Shown in pieces: positions 9,102-18,839 of a DNA stretch of 64,000 nt. The stretch's first letter is position 1. Every line of letters begins with the position of its first letter. The translations under genes and the position numbers were made by a program. The DNA comes from Spirochaetia bacterium (GTDB lineage: Bacteria > Spirochaetota > Spirochaetia > SZUA-6 > Bin103): assembly GCA_965208575.1 (NCBI GenBank), contig CBDBOV010000004.1, forward strand, positions 416,001 to 480,000, given 5' to 3'. Below the pieces are notes generated by a model that saw only the letters and a program-made list of their open reading frames with translations, did not search any database and was not told the origin of the DNA.

Positions 9102-10134
9102 ACACGGCCTGTATGGGATGCTCACGGTGGTGCGCGCCTACTACGCCAGCAGCACGGGTCGGGGGCTGGCGCCGCTGGATGAACGGCTGGGGATCGGGCA
9201 CGGGCACACGCCGGCGTGTGAGTACCATGTGGCGCGGTTCGTCGGCGACAATCCCTACCAGAGGAGCCGGGAACATTTTTGTCAGATCTTCCGCCCCGAC
9301 GGCACCGAAGAGATCTCACTGCACAAGATCGAACAGATGGTCGATGGGCTTGGGGTGCGGCTGGAGCACGAACGTCAGGAGGAGATCACGGCTCAGTTCG
9401 AGGACGGCAAGCGCATAGCGGTCGCCGATGAGATCACCGGCACGATGGTGGTGTGCATCGATGCAGGGAAGGCGCCAACGAAGGGCAACGAACGTATAGA
9501 TGACGACAAGAGAAAGAGATACGACCGTGAGTTCCGAGACGTCAAGGTGGCGAGCGTGTCGGCGTTGGAGTGGGATGAGGTAAATCAGGAGGCACGCTGC
9601 AGCGACAGTTCCTACGTGCTGGGCATCGAGCATGCCGATCAGTTTTTTCAGCGTATCTGGGTGGAGATGAACCGGCGCAGCCGCGATCTGAGCTCGCTAC
9701 GTTTGGTGTTCATCGGCGACGGGGCTGACTGGATCTGGCGCCGTGTGGGAGACCTGGACCACGAGCGCAGTCGCCACATCCTGGACTTCTGTCACGCCGC
9801 CGATCACCTCGCGGATGTGTGCAAGATCGTCGACGGAGAGGGCAGTGATCGCTTCTATGAACGCTTCCAACGCTGGCGCGGCATCCTCCGCGAGGGCGGG
9901 GCCTCCGAGCTGATCGTCGAGCTGAAGCAGTTGCGCGACACCGCCGACAGCGGCAAGGCGCGCGATTACGTCGTCGCGGCCCGCATGAAGCAGAGCGGCA
10001 TGACCTGGACCCTGGCGGGAGCACAGCACATGCTTCAGATCCGTGCATCTCTCATGAGCTCGCGGTTTGCACGCGACTTCCAGCACTCACTTCCAGCACG
10101 TCCCGAGATTGAGGAGCTGCCGGCTGCCGCCTGA
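9102..10134 (+). pseudogene. ISKra4/UPF0236-like transposase, 5'-truncated and internally deleted
   Basis: IGDGADWIW, LDFCHAADHL, RMKQSGMTW; the segment normally carrying GSG.xE before RMK is absent. Confidence 0.8.
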
Positions 10135-10491
10135 GCCCGCTATCCACAGTTTGGGGTCGCACCCCACGCGCGCTTGACGGCCGTTGCAGAGTCGGCTATG
10201 GTGATCCCCTTGGGATCGCGACCGATGCGCATGCTGCATGACGACACGTACCCGCGCAGCCACTGGTCAATTACGTCATCACATCGACAACAACCCGGTA
10301 TTCCCGGCGCACAGGAGGTGCACATGGCACGCAAAGAACCGCACGCGCGCGCGGCGTAAGCCCCGTGAGTCACGCGCCCCGCGCCTGGGGAGTTGACTCT
10401 GTTCGAACGCCTGCGTTGCGGGCGCTGAGAGTACCGGAAGCGGCAATACGCCACCCGATACGCTCGTAATCTTTCTATCAAGGAGTACGTC

Positions 10492-12288
10492 ATGAACCAT
10501 ATGACAAAGACCTGCGCCGTTGCGCTGGTCCTGGGCCTTGTGCTGACCGCAACCGGCCTGTGGGCCGCGGCCGCAGAGGAGGAGCCGGCCGCGGCGATGG
10601 AGAAGGAAATGGTGCTCGATCCCACCACCGGCGAGATGGTGGAGGCGCCACGGTACGGCGGCACGTTGACCTACGCCGAGCGGATCGAGCCGCCGGGTAC
10701 CGACCCCTTCGACCAGGGCGGCGCGCCACGGGGCGTCGATAGCGTTTTGGAGAAGCTCTCCATCGGCAACTGGGGCATAGGCAGGGACGAATTTGCCTTC
10801 TCCACCAGGTACGTGCCGCTGTGGGCCATGAAACCCAACTTGGCGGAGAGCTGGGAAACGCCTGACCCCACCACGATCGTCATCAACATCCGCCCGGGCG
10901 TTCGCTGGCACAACAAGGCACCGATGAACGGTCGGGAGCTGACCGCCCAGGATGTCGAATTCAACTTTCACCGCTATACGGGTCTGGGCAGCGGCTTCAC
11001 GGAACCGAGCCAATTCAACTCGATGAATGCCGCGACCTGGGAATCGATTACGGCCACCGACGATGCCACGGTGGTGTTCAAGCTGAAGGTGCCTCGCAGC
11101 GACGGGCTGGAGGTCATCGTCACCCACTGGTTCCATTTCATTCTGCCTCCCGAGGTAATCAAGCAGCATGGCAACATCCACGATTGGAGGAACCTGGTCG
11201 GCACCGGGCCCTACATGCTGACGGACTGGGTCAAGGGCAGCTCCCTGACCTATACCAGGAACCCGGACTACCGGGGCACCGACGAGAAATACCCACAGAA
11301 CCGGTTGCCCTACATCGACGAGTTACGACGCGTGGTCATGCCCGAACAAGCAACCTGGCTGGCGGCACTGCGCTCGGGCAAGCATGACATTACCGGCTTG
11401 TTCGGCGACACGCAATTGGGCGATGTCAACCAGGTAGAGAGCCTCCAACAGAGCAACCCCGAGATCACGTTGCACCCGTGGTACTTTCGCTCGGAGACCT
11501 CCGTTCTTTTCAACCTGCGCAACCAGCCGCCATTCGACGACATCCGGGTGCGCAAAGCCATGCAGATGGCCATCGACCTGGAGACCGTCAACAACACCTA
11601 CTACAAGGGTCTTGCCAAGTGGCAACCCCAGGGGATTATCGGCGACAGTCTGAAGGGGTACCATGTCCCCTTCGAAGAGTGGCCCGAAGCCGTGAAGCAG
11701 GGCTACCGGTATGATCCGGAAGGGGCGGAAAAGCTTCTGGATGAGGCGGGGTATCCGCGCGGCGCGGATGACGTTCGATTCAAGACCTTCCTGCACCACT
11801 TGCAGCGATTGGACGTCGGCTATCAGGAAATAGCCGTCCAATACTGGGCGCAGATTGGCGTCGACGTGGAGATTCAGCAACATGACAACACTCCGCATGC
11901 GGCGCTGAAGAGGGAAGGCAATTATGAAGGGATGGCGTCTTCGGTGCTCGGCGTCGACCAGGCGCCCCTCCCGATGATGGGATGGATTCACTCGAGAAGA
12001 CCGGACGCGAACTCCGGCGGACATCAGGACCCGGTGATGGACGCCAAGGCGGAAGCCGCCGAAACCGCTGCCAGCGCCGAGGATCAGCAGAGGCTGGTTG
12101 GCGAGGCAGATATGTACTTTGTCGCGCAGCATTACAACCTGTGGGGTCCCAAGGTTCCGTTGTTCAATGCAACCCAGCCATGGGTCAAGGGCTATAACGG
12201 CGAAGTCGAGCTGGGACTGGCTCGCGCAATTGCCATCCTGGCCCGCATCTGGATCGATAGTGATCTGAAGCAAGAGATGGGCGGCTAG
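10492..12288 (+). CDS. ABC transporter substrate-binding protein, family 5
   Basis: AAGGAG RBS, signal peptide, PRYGGTL, LAESWE, GTGPY, PFDDIRVRKAM. Confidence 0.95.
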   Translation: MNHMTKTCAVALVLGLVLTATGLWAAAAEEEPAAAMEKEMVLDPTTGEMVEAPRYGGTLTYAERIEPPGTDPFDQGGAPRGVDSVLEKLSIGNWGIGRDEFAFSTRYVPLWAMKPNLAESWETPDPTTIVINIRPGVRWHNKAPMNGRELTAQDVEFNFHRYTGLGSGFTEPSQFNSMNAATWESITATDDATVVFKLKVPRSDGLEVIVTHWFHFILPPEVIKQHGNIHDWRNLVGTGPYMLTDWVKGSSLTYTRNPDYRGTDEKYPQNRLPYIDELRRVVMPEQATWLAALRSGKHDITGLFGDTQLGDVNQVESLQQSNPEITLHPWYFRSETSVLFNLRNQPPFDDIRVRKAMQMAIDLETVNNTYYKGLAKWQPQGIIGDSLKGYHVPFEEWPEAVKQGYRYDPEGAEKLLDEAGYPRGADDVRFKTFLHHLQRLDVGYQEIAVQYWAQIGVDVEIQQHDNTPHAALKREGNYEGMASSVLGVDQAPLPMMGWIHSRRPDANSGGHQDPVMDAKAEAAETAASAEDQQRLVGEADMYFVAQHYNLWGPKVPLFNATQPWVKGYNGEVELGLARAIAILARIWIDSDLKQEMGG

Positions 12289-12360
12289 CGCCCCCGCTGA
12301 CCTCCGTGCACAGGGGCTGGGATGTTGCATTCGGAGCGCCGCTTCAGAGCGCGCTCCCAG

Positions 12361-12392
12361 CCCTCACTCATTGCATCCCTCACTCATTGCAT
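12361..12392. repeat. 16-bp tandem duplication in the SBP-permease spacer
   Basis: CCCTCACTCATTGCAT twice. Confidence 0.9.
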
Positions 12393-12403
12393 AAGGTGTC
12401 CCA

Positions 12404-13363
12404 GTGAGAGCCTATATCATCAGGCGCTTGTTGCTGGTCATCCCCACCCTGTTTCTCCTGAGCATCATCGTCTTTCTCACCGTGCGCTTCATCCCCGGCG
12501 ACGTCGTAGACGCCATGTTGAGCGAGATGCAATGGGAGGGTGGCGGAGATCTGGACCGTGCAGCGCTTGAGCATCGGCTGGGATTGGACGTGCCGGTCTG
12601 GATGCAGTATGGACGCTGGATCGGCGACATGTTCCGGCACGGCAGCCTCGGCCGATCACTGTGGCGCGACTTGCCGGTAGAGGAGGAGATACTCTCCCGG
12701 TTGCCGGTCACCATCGAGCTTGGCCTCCTGGCCATCTTCATCGGGCTCGTGATCGCGCTGCCGGTGGGCATCTACTCGGCGGTGCGCCAGGATACCGCCG
12801 CCGACTACCTGGGACGCTCGGTCGCCATCATCGGCCTGGCCACGCCGAACTTCTGGCTGGCCATCATGGTGTTGATCTATCCGACCATCTGGTGGGGCTG
12901 GACCCCGCCGCTGGAATACGTTCCGTTCGCCGAACACCCGCTGGACAATCTCGCGGGGTTCTTCATCCCCAGCCTGATCCTGGGGACGGCGATGGCCGCC
13001 GCCACCATGCGGATGACGCGCACCATGACGCTGGAGGTGCTGCGGCAGGACTACATCCGTACCGCCTGGTCCAAGGGGATGGCGGAGCGGGTGGTGATTG
13101 TGCGGCACACCCTCAAGAATGCCCTCATCCCGGTGGTGACCCTCGTCGGCCTGCAGATGCCGATCCTGGTCGGGGGTGCGGTGATCATGGAGAACATCTT
13201 CGCCCTGCCGGGACTCGGTCGCCTCATGCTCGATGCCCTGCAAAGCCGTGACTACCCGGTGGTGCAGGGAACCAACCTGTTCTTCGCCACCGGGGTGGTG
13301 CTGCTCAATCTCCTCATCGACCTGATCTATCCCTACCTGGACCCGAGGGTACGGTATGAGTAG
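12404..13363 (+). CDS. ABC transporter permease (DppB-like)
   Basis: IPGD, QDYIRTAWSKG, RDYPVVQG, LDPRVR. Confidence 0.95.
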   Translation: MRAYIIRRLLLVIPTLFLLSIIVFLTVRFIPGDVVDAMLSEMQWEGGGDLDRAALEHRLGLDVPVWMQYGRWIGDMFRHGSLGRSLWRDLPVEEEILSRLPVTIELGLLAIFIGLVIALPVGIYSAVRQDTAADYLGRSVAIIGLATPNFWLAIMVLIYPTIWWGWTPPLEYVPFAEHPLDNLAGFFIPSLILGTAMAAATMRMTRTMTLEVLRQDYIRTAWSKGMAERVVIVRHTLKNALIPVVTLVGLQMPILVGGAVIMENIFALPGLGRLMLDALQSRDYPVVQGTNLFFATGVVLLNLLIDLIYPYLDPRVRYE

Positions 13364-14366
13364 GAACAGGGATGCGCAGACAGCACCCGCCGGTCAGCTT
13401 GTTCGGACCGGTGAATCCAGGTGGCGGGGCTGGCTGGCTGATTTCTTGATCAGGCTGTGGCAGGAGAAGCCCCTGGGGACCGCCTGCGGGATTCTCGTCG
13501 TGATCCTGATTCTCGTCGCGATGCTTGCCGAGCGTCTGGCGCCCTACCCCTACCAGGAAATACACCTGCCGGACATCATGCAGGGCGCATCCGCCCGCTA
13601 TCTGCTGGGGACCGACCACCTGGGGCGAGACCTGTTGAGCCGCATCCTCCATGGAGCTCGCATCTCCTTGACCGTCGGTCTGGCGGCAACGGCACTGAAT
13701 GCGTTGGTCGCCGTGCTGATCGGCGGGATTTCCGGGTTCCTTGGCGGAAGAGTGGACTTGGCGGTACAGCGTTTTGTCGATGCCTGGATGGCCTTCCCGG
13801 GGCTGCTGCTGTTGTTGACCATCATGTCGATCGTGGGACAGGGGTTGCTGCAGATCATCGTGGTGCTGGGGATCGCCGGCGGCATCGGCGGCTCCCGCGT
13901 CATCCGCAGCGCCGTGATCGGGGTCAAGGAGAACGACTACTTTCAGGCCGCCCGGGCCGTGGGCACGCGCACCAGCCGGATCCTGGTGCGGCACGTGGTG
14001 CCCAACATCATGGCGCCGATCATCATCATCTTCTCGATCAACATCGGCGGCGTGATCATTGCCGAGGCCAGCTTGAGCTTCCTGGGATTCGGGCTGCCGG
14101 TCCAGGTTCCGAGCTGGGGAGGGATGCTCAGCCGCGAGGGACGCCAGTACATGGAGCAGGCGCCCCGGCTGGCGCTGTGGCCCGGGCTCTGCCTGACGAT
14201 CGTCGTCTATGCGCTCAACATGTTCGGCGACGCGGTCCGCGACCTGCTCGACCCCCGGCTGCGCGGCGGCCAGGGAAGTTACGGCACCTCGGGTAACCGC
14301 CAGCGAGGCCTCCTGCGGCGTGGCGGTCACGCTGCTTCCGCATCGCCACGGGACTCGCGCGTTTGA
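13356..14366 (+). CDS. ABC transporter permease (DppC-like)
   Basis: LGTDHLGRD, EASLSFLGFG, PSWGGML, GDAVRDLLDPR. Confidence 0.95.
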   Translation: MSRNRDAQTAPAGQLVRTGESRWRGWLADFLIRLWQEKPLGTACGILVVILILVAMLAERLAPYPYQEIHLPDIMQGASARYLLGTDHLGRDLLSRILHGARISLTVGLAATALNALVAVLIGGISGFLGGRVDLAVQRFVDAWMAFPGLLLLLTIMSIVGQGLLQIIVVLGIAGGIGGSRVIRSAVIGVKENDYFQAARAVGTRTSRILVRHVVPNIMAPIIIIFSINIGGVIIAEASLSFLGFGLPVQVPSWGGMLSREGRQYMEQAPRLALWPGLCLTIVVYALNMFGDAVRDLLDPRLRGGQGSYGTSGNRQRGLLRRGGHAASASPRDSRV

Positions 14367-14491
14367 TCCCGGCAGCCCGAGCGCGACGGCACCCTGGCCG
14401 CTACCGAGGCGCGCGGACTGGCGTTCATCCCCTGGAGTCCCTGGAGCGCCACCCCTGGCCGGAGGAGAGCGACGCACAGCCACGGCGACGT

Positions 14492-14521
14492 TTGACGCGC
14501 GGGCGCGGGCCACGATAGGTT
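14492..14521 (+). promoter_or_regulatory. Putative promoter conserved in front of both paralogous SBP genes
   Basis: TTGACG-18-TAGGTT here and TTGACG-18-TAGGGT at 21015-21044; both followed by a CAAGGAGGAA RBS. Confidence 0.55.
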
Positions 14522-14550
14522 GTGCGACGTTCCCAACAAGGAGGAAGTCG

Positions 14551-16569
14551 ATGAAAGTGATATCGCGGCTCGTACCGGCCGCCCTGATCGCCGGCTTGGC
14601 GGCGTCTGCCGCGTTCGCCGGCGGGGATGGCGAAGGCGAGGTACAGATGTCCGCGCCGGCGGCCGAGATGATGGCCGAGTACGGCGACGTGTGGCAGTGG
14701 GACACCGTGCAGGAGTACGAGGCCGACACCGGCAACAAGATCACCCAGTTCGGCGAGGCGCCGATGCTGGCGGCGATGGTGGCGGCCGGAGATCTGCCCC
14801 CGGTGGAGGAACGGCTCCCCGACGAACCGCTGGTATTCAACGTGTTCGAGGGCATCGGCACCTACGGCGGCACCCTCAAGGCGGCCTCGATCGGTACCGA
14901 GTACACCGAACTGACGCCGATCCGCGGGTTGGCCGGCGCCGTGCAGACCGCCAACCGCGGTCCGGGAAACCCGATCGACATCGTGCCCTATGCCCACAAG
15001 GGCTGGGAGATGTCGGAGGACCAGAAGACGGTCACCATGTACCTGCGGCGCGGCATGAAGTGGTCCGACGGCCACCCCTACACCGCCGACGACGTGATGT
15101 TCTCGTTCGAGGACTTCATACTCATCGACGAGTTCCCGTCCGGCTGGCATCGCAGCGGCTGGGGGCCGATGTCGCACGCCGAGAAGGTGGACGACTTCAC
15201 GGTACGGCTGCACTACACCGATCCGTTTCCGACGCTGCCGGGCTGGTACGAGTTCTGGGGCGGCTGGCAGCCTCACTCCTATCCCAAGCACTACCTCTCC
15301 AAGTACCATGCCAAGTACAACGACAACGCCGACGCCCTGGCCAAGGAGGAAGGCTACGACAACTGGGTGCAGGCGGTGTGGGCGAAACAGGCCAGCACCA
15401 GCGACTTTCGGGTGGAGGACCTGAACACCCCGAGCGTCAATCCCTGGAACCACGAGGAGATCACCACCACCTACGTGCTCCACGTGCGCAATCCCTATCA
15501 CTTCGCGATCGACCCGGCCGGCAACCAGCTCCCCTACATCGACCGCCTGCGCGTGGAGACGGTAGCCGACGCCGAGACCCTCAACCTGAAGGTGATCTCC
15601 GGCGAGCTGTCGGTGGCCGCCATCGGACTGTCCACTCCCGACTTCCCGCTGTTCAAGGAGAACGAGGAAGCGGGCGACTACGAGACGCTGATGTGGCCGC
15701 GCGCCGCGGGGGCGGAGAGCTTCTATGCCTTCAACCTCACGCACCAGGACCCGGTGCAGCGCGAGATTTTCCAGGACGTGCGCTTCCGGCAGGCGATGTC
15801 GCTGGCGATCGACCGCGAGGAGATCAACAAGGTGCTGTTCTTCGGGCTGGCGGTTCCGCGGCAGGCGGCGATGGACCCGGAGAACTCCTTCTACAAGGAG
15901 GAGTGGGCAACCCGCTACGCGGAGTACGACCCCGACACCGCCAACCGGCTGCTCGACGAAATGGGACTTGAGCGCGGTGGCGACGGTTTCCGCCTGCGCC
16001 CCGACGGCGAGGTGCTGACGGCCCAGATAGTGATCCCGCTGGAGTGGCCGAGTCACGTGGCGGTCAGCGAGCTGGTGGCCGAGTACTGGGGGGACGTGGG
16101 CGTCAAGGTGGACCCGCGCTCGTACAGCATCGACCTGGTAGTGGAGCGGCTGACCACCAACGACTATGACGTTTCCGTGTGGTTCCTGCGCCGCACCAAC
16201 GCGAGCAAGGGCTATCTGCCGTCCAACAAGTTCACCTCCAACGACGGCTGGTACGCGACCCAGTGGTGGGCCTGGCACCACTCCGGAGGCGAGCAGGGCG
16301 AGGAGCCGCCGCCGGAGTTCCAGGAGTACTTCAAGCTGGCCGACCGGTGGTACATCACGGCCGACAAGGCCGAACGCGACCGCATTGCCACGCAGGTGTT
16401 CGACTTCGCCTCCGAGCAGGTGCTGCTGATCGGCACGGTCGGCTATGCCCCGGTGCCGGTCGTAGTGAGCAACCACTTGGGCAACTTTCCGCGTGACGTT
16501 CGGTTCGCCGGCGACGACGCGCATTCCCTCCGCGACGTCAAGCCCGACCAGTGGTACATCAAGCAGTAA
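14551..16569 (+). CDS. ABC substrate-binding protein, family 5 (paralog A)
   Basis: AAGGAGG RBS; EAPML..LPPVEERLP; near-identical to 21073-23094. Confidence 0.95.
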   Translation: MKVISRLVPAALIAGLAASAAFAGGDGEGEVQMSAPAAEMMAEYGDVWQWDTVQEYEADTGNKITQFGEAPMLAAMVAAGDLPPVEERLPDEPLVFNVFEGIGTYGGTLKAASIGTEYTELTPIRGLAGAVQTANRGPGNPIDIVPYAHKGWEMSEDQKTVTMYLRRGMKWSDGHPYTADDVMFSFEDFILIDEFPSGWHRSGWGPMSHAEKVDDFTVRLHYTDPFPTLPGWYEFWGGWQPHSYPKHYLSKYHAKYNDNADALAKEEGYDNWVQAVWAKQASTSDFRVEDLNTPSVNPWNHEEITTTYVLHVRNPYHFAIDPAGNQLPYIDRLRVETVADAETLNLKVISGELSVAAIGLSTPDFPLFKENEEAGDYETLMWPRAAGAESFYAFNLTHQDPVQREIFQDVRFRQAMSLAIDREEINKVLFFGLAVPRQAAMDPENSFYKEEWATRYAEYDPDTANRLLDEMGLERGGDGFRLRPDGEVLTAQIVIPLEWPSHVAVSELVAEYWGDVGVKVDPRSYSIDLVVERLTTNDYDVSVWFLRRTNASKGYLPSNKFTSNDGWYATQWWAWHHSGGEQGEEPPPEFQEYFKLADRWYITADKAERDRIATQVFDFASEQVLLIGTVGYAPVPVVVSNHLGNFPRDVRFAGDDAHSLRDVKPDQWYIKQ

Positions 16570-16574
16570 AATCC

Positions 16575-17708
16575 TCAATGATAAGGGTCGGCAGCATCCC
16601 GCAGCCCATCGCCCATGAAATTGAACAGCAGCACCGTCACCACCACAAACAGACCAGGTATCAACAGCCAGGGATGAAGGGCAACGGCGCGGAAGTTCTG
16701 CGCCTGGCTCAGCAGGACTCCCCAGCTCACTACCGGAGGTCTCAAGCCCACGCCGATGAAGCTCAGCGCCGTCTCCCCAAGGATCATGCTCGGAACCGCA
16801 AGGGTTAGGCTGACGATCAGGTAGCTCATGAATCCCGGCAACAGATGCCGGGTGATGATACGCCGCTCTTTGGCACCAGATATCCGCGCCGCAAGCACGT
16901 AGTCCTCCTCCCGTAGCTGGATGATCTTGCTGCGAACCACCCGCGCGAGCTCGGTCCAACTGACGATGGAGAGAATGACGGTCACGAGGAAGTACAACCG
17001 CACCGGCGGGAAGCGCGGGGGCACGGCCGTGGCGAGGGCCATCCACAGCGGAATCTGCGGCAGCGACTGCAGGAACTCGATGAGGCGCTGGATGAGCAGA
17101 TCCACCGTTCCGCCGAAGAACCCGGAGACTCCTCCAAGAATGGCACCGATCACAAAGCTCAGCGCCACTCCCACGAGTCCCACCGAAAGCGACACCCTGG
17201 CGCCGGCGAGAATACGGGAGTACACGTCACGACCGAGGTGATCTGCACCGAACAGGTACAGCTTGCCCGGCTCATCCACACCGAAGAGGCGCGTGCGAGC
17301 AGGGAACAAACCCAGCAGCTTGTATTCCTCCTCCCCGCGGACGAAGAGGCGAATGGGATAGACTTGAGACTCGTTTATCTCGAACAATTTGCGCAGCGTC
17401 TCAGGATCCCTGCCGGGCACAAGCCCATAGACAAAGGGCCGGACAAGCCTGCCGTCGTGAAAGATCCTGACCCGTGTCGGCGGTGCAAAAACATGATCCG
17501 AGCTGCGCTGAAAGGTGCCCCAGACGGAGAAGAAACCGGCAAATGCAGCGCCGAGATAGAGCACAGCGAGTCCGGTAAGCCCCACCAGAGCGAGCTTATG
17601 CTTGAAGAACTTCCGCCTCATCAGCGTCCAGCTGGACGCCGCGTAGAGTTTCTCCTGCTCAGCAGTTTCCTGCCTCCCGGCGGCGATGATCTGATCCGAT
17701 GTGCTCAC
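16575..17708 (-). CDS. ABC transporter permease (DppC-like)
   Basis: GADHLGRD, REEDYVLAAR, GDGLRDAADP. Confidence 0.95.
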   Translation of the reverse strand: MSTSDQIIAAGRQETAEQEKLYAASSWTLMRRKFFKHKLALVGLTGLAVLYLGAAFAGFFSVWGTFQRSSDHVFAPPTRVRIFHDGRLVRPFVYGLVPGRDPETLRKLFEINESQVYPIRLFVRGEEEYKLLGLFPARTRLFGVDEPGKLYLFGADHLGRDVYSRILAGARVSLSVGLVGVALSFVIGAILGGVSGFFGGTVDLLIQRLIEFLQSLPQIPLWMALATAVPPRFPPVRLYFLVTVILSIVSWTELARVVRSKIIQLREEDYVLAARISGAKERRIITRHLLPGFMSYLIVSLTLAVPSMILGETALSFIGVGLRPPVVSWGVLLSQAQNFRAVALHPWLLIPGLFVVVTVLLFNFMGDGLRDAADPYH

Positions 17709-18712
17709 CCTTCGGCCCTCTTCTCGAACCGGATCCGTGGATCAGCGGCCACCAGCAGCAGGTCCGAAATGAACGTGCCGATGATACCGAGGGCCCCCAA
17801 CATCAACAGAAAACCGGCTGCCAACAGCATGTCCTGTCGTAACAGCGCATTCAGCAGCATGGGTCCCGTCGTAGGAAGCGCCAGCACAATAGAGGTCAGG
17901 GCTGAGCCGGAAAGCAGAAACGGCAACAGACCGCCGAGGGAGGCGACGATGGGGTTGAGTGCGACCCGGACCGGATACTTGAACAGCAGCGAGCGTTCGG
18001 GCGCGCCCTTGGCCCTCGCTGTGATCACGTACTGCTTGCGCAGTTCGTCCAGGAGCGATCCACGAAAGACGCGGATGATTGACGCGGTACCGGCAGTCGC
18101 CAGTATGAGCACCGGCGCCGGGAGATGTTTCAGCATGTCGATGACTTTGGCAAAGCTCCACGGTGCATCGCTGAAACGAGTGGAAAAGAGCCCGGTGATG
18201 TTCCACCCGAGGTAACGAAATGCCAGCCACATGAAGATCAGTGCCAGCAGGAAGTTGGGTGTCGCCAGACCCACAAACCCCAGCGTCGTAAAGGCATAGT
18301 CGCCAACCGAGTATTGGTGGGTGGCGGAGTAGATACCGATGGGTATCGCGACGGCGTACACCAAAATAATGGTGATAAAGGAAATTGTCGCCGTGAGGGC
18401 GATGCGCTCCCCGATCAATTCGCCTACCGGCTGCTGCCAGTAGAACGAGCGGCCGAAGTCACCTTTGAGCACGTTTCCGAGCCAACTGAGGTACTGAACG
18501 ATCAGCGGTCTGTCCAGCCCGTAACGGGCGCGGATCAGCGCCTCCTGTTCCGCATCCAACACCGTATTGGTACCTGCCGTCCGCACGCTGTTGACGACAA
18601 AATCTGCGTAGTCCCCCTCCGGGAGCTGGATGATGGCGAACACGGCTGCTGACAGCAGGAAGAGCGTCACCACCATGTACAGAAACCGATTGAGGACGTA
18701 CTTGACAGACAT
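17705..18712 (-). CDS. ABC transporter permease (DppB-like)
   Basis: Start MSVKYVLNRF; GDFGRS, YVITARAKG, DPRIR. Confidence 0.93.
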   Translation of the reverse strand: MSVKYVLNRFLYMVVTLFLLSAAVFAIIQLPEGDYADFVVNSVRTAGTNTVLDAEQEALIRARYGLDRPLIVQYLSWLGNVLKGDFGRSFYWQQPVGELIGERIALTATISFITIILVYAVAIPIGIYSATHQYSVGDYAFTTLGFVGLATPNFLLALIFMWLAFRYLGWNITGLFSTRFSDAPWSFAKVIDMLKHLPAPVLILATAGTASIIRVFRGSLLDELRKQYVITARAKGAPERSLLFKYPVRVALNPIVASLGGLLPFLLSGSALTSIVLALPTTGPMLLNALLRQDMLLAAGFLLMLGALGIIGTFISDLLLVAADPRIRFEKRAEG

Positions 18713-18839
18713 ATCAGCTTTGTTGCCGGCGTGCGCGGCGCAGGGACGGTGGGACTCTGGACACCAATGGGCCCGCGTCAGCGGCTGCGTACTATCCGTA
18801 CGCAGCCGCTGACGCAAGCTTGGGCGCCCGACGCTTGCG

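Larger units (their letters stand above)
4808..10164 (+). mobile_element. ISKra4/ISLre2-like (IS256 superfamily) element, disrupted by nested insertions
   Basis: Terminal IRs AGGTGTGACCCCATTTTGTGGATAG and (revcomp) GGGTGCGACCCCAAACTGTGGATAG; perfect 9-bp flanking direct repeat CACGCGCGC at 4799-4807 and 10165-10173. Confidence 0.85.

Noticed and set aside
10385-10475. TPP-riboswitch-like GGGGAG...GCTGAGAG upstream of the SBP
   Set aside because: The downstream GAACCTGA / TAATxC / GCGxAGG elements are missing
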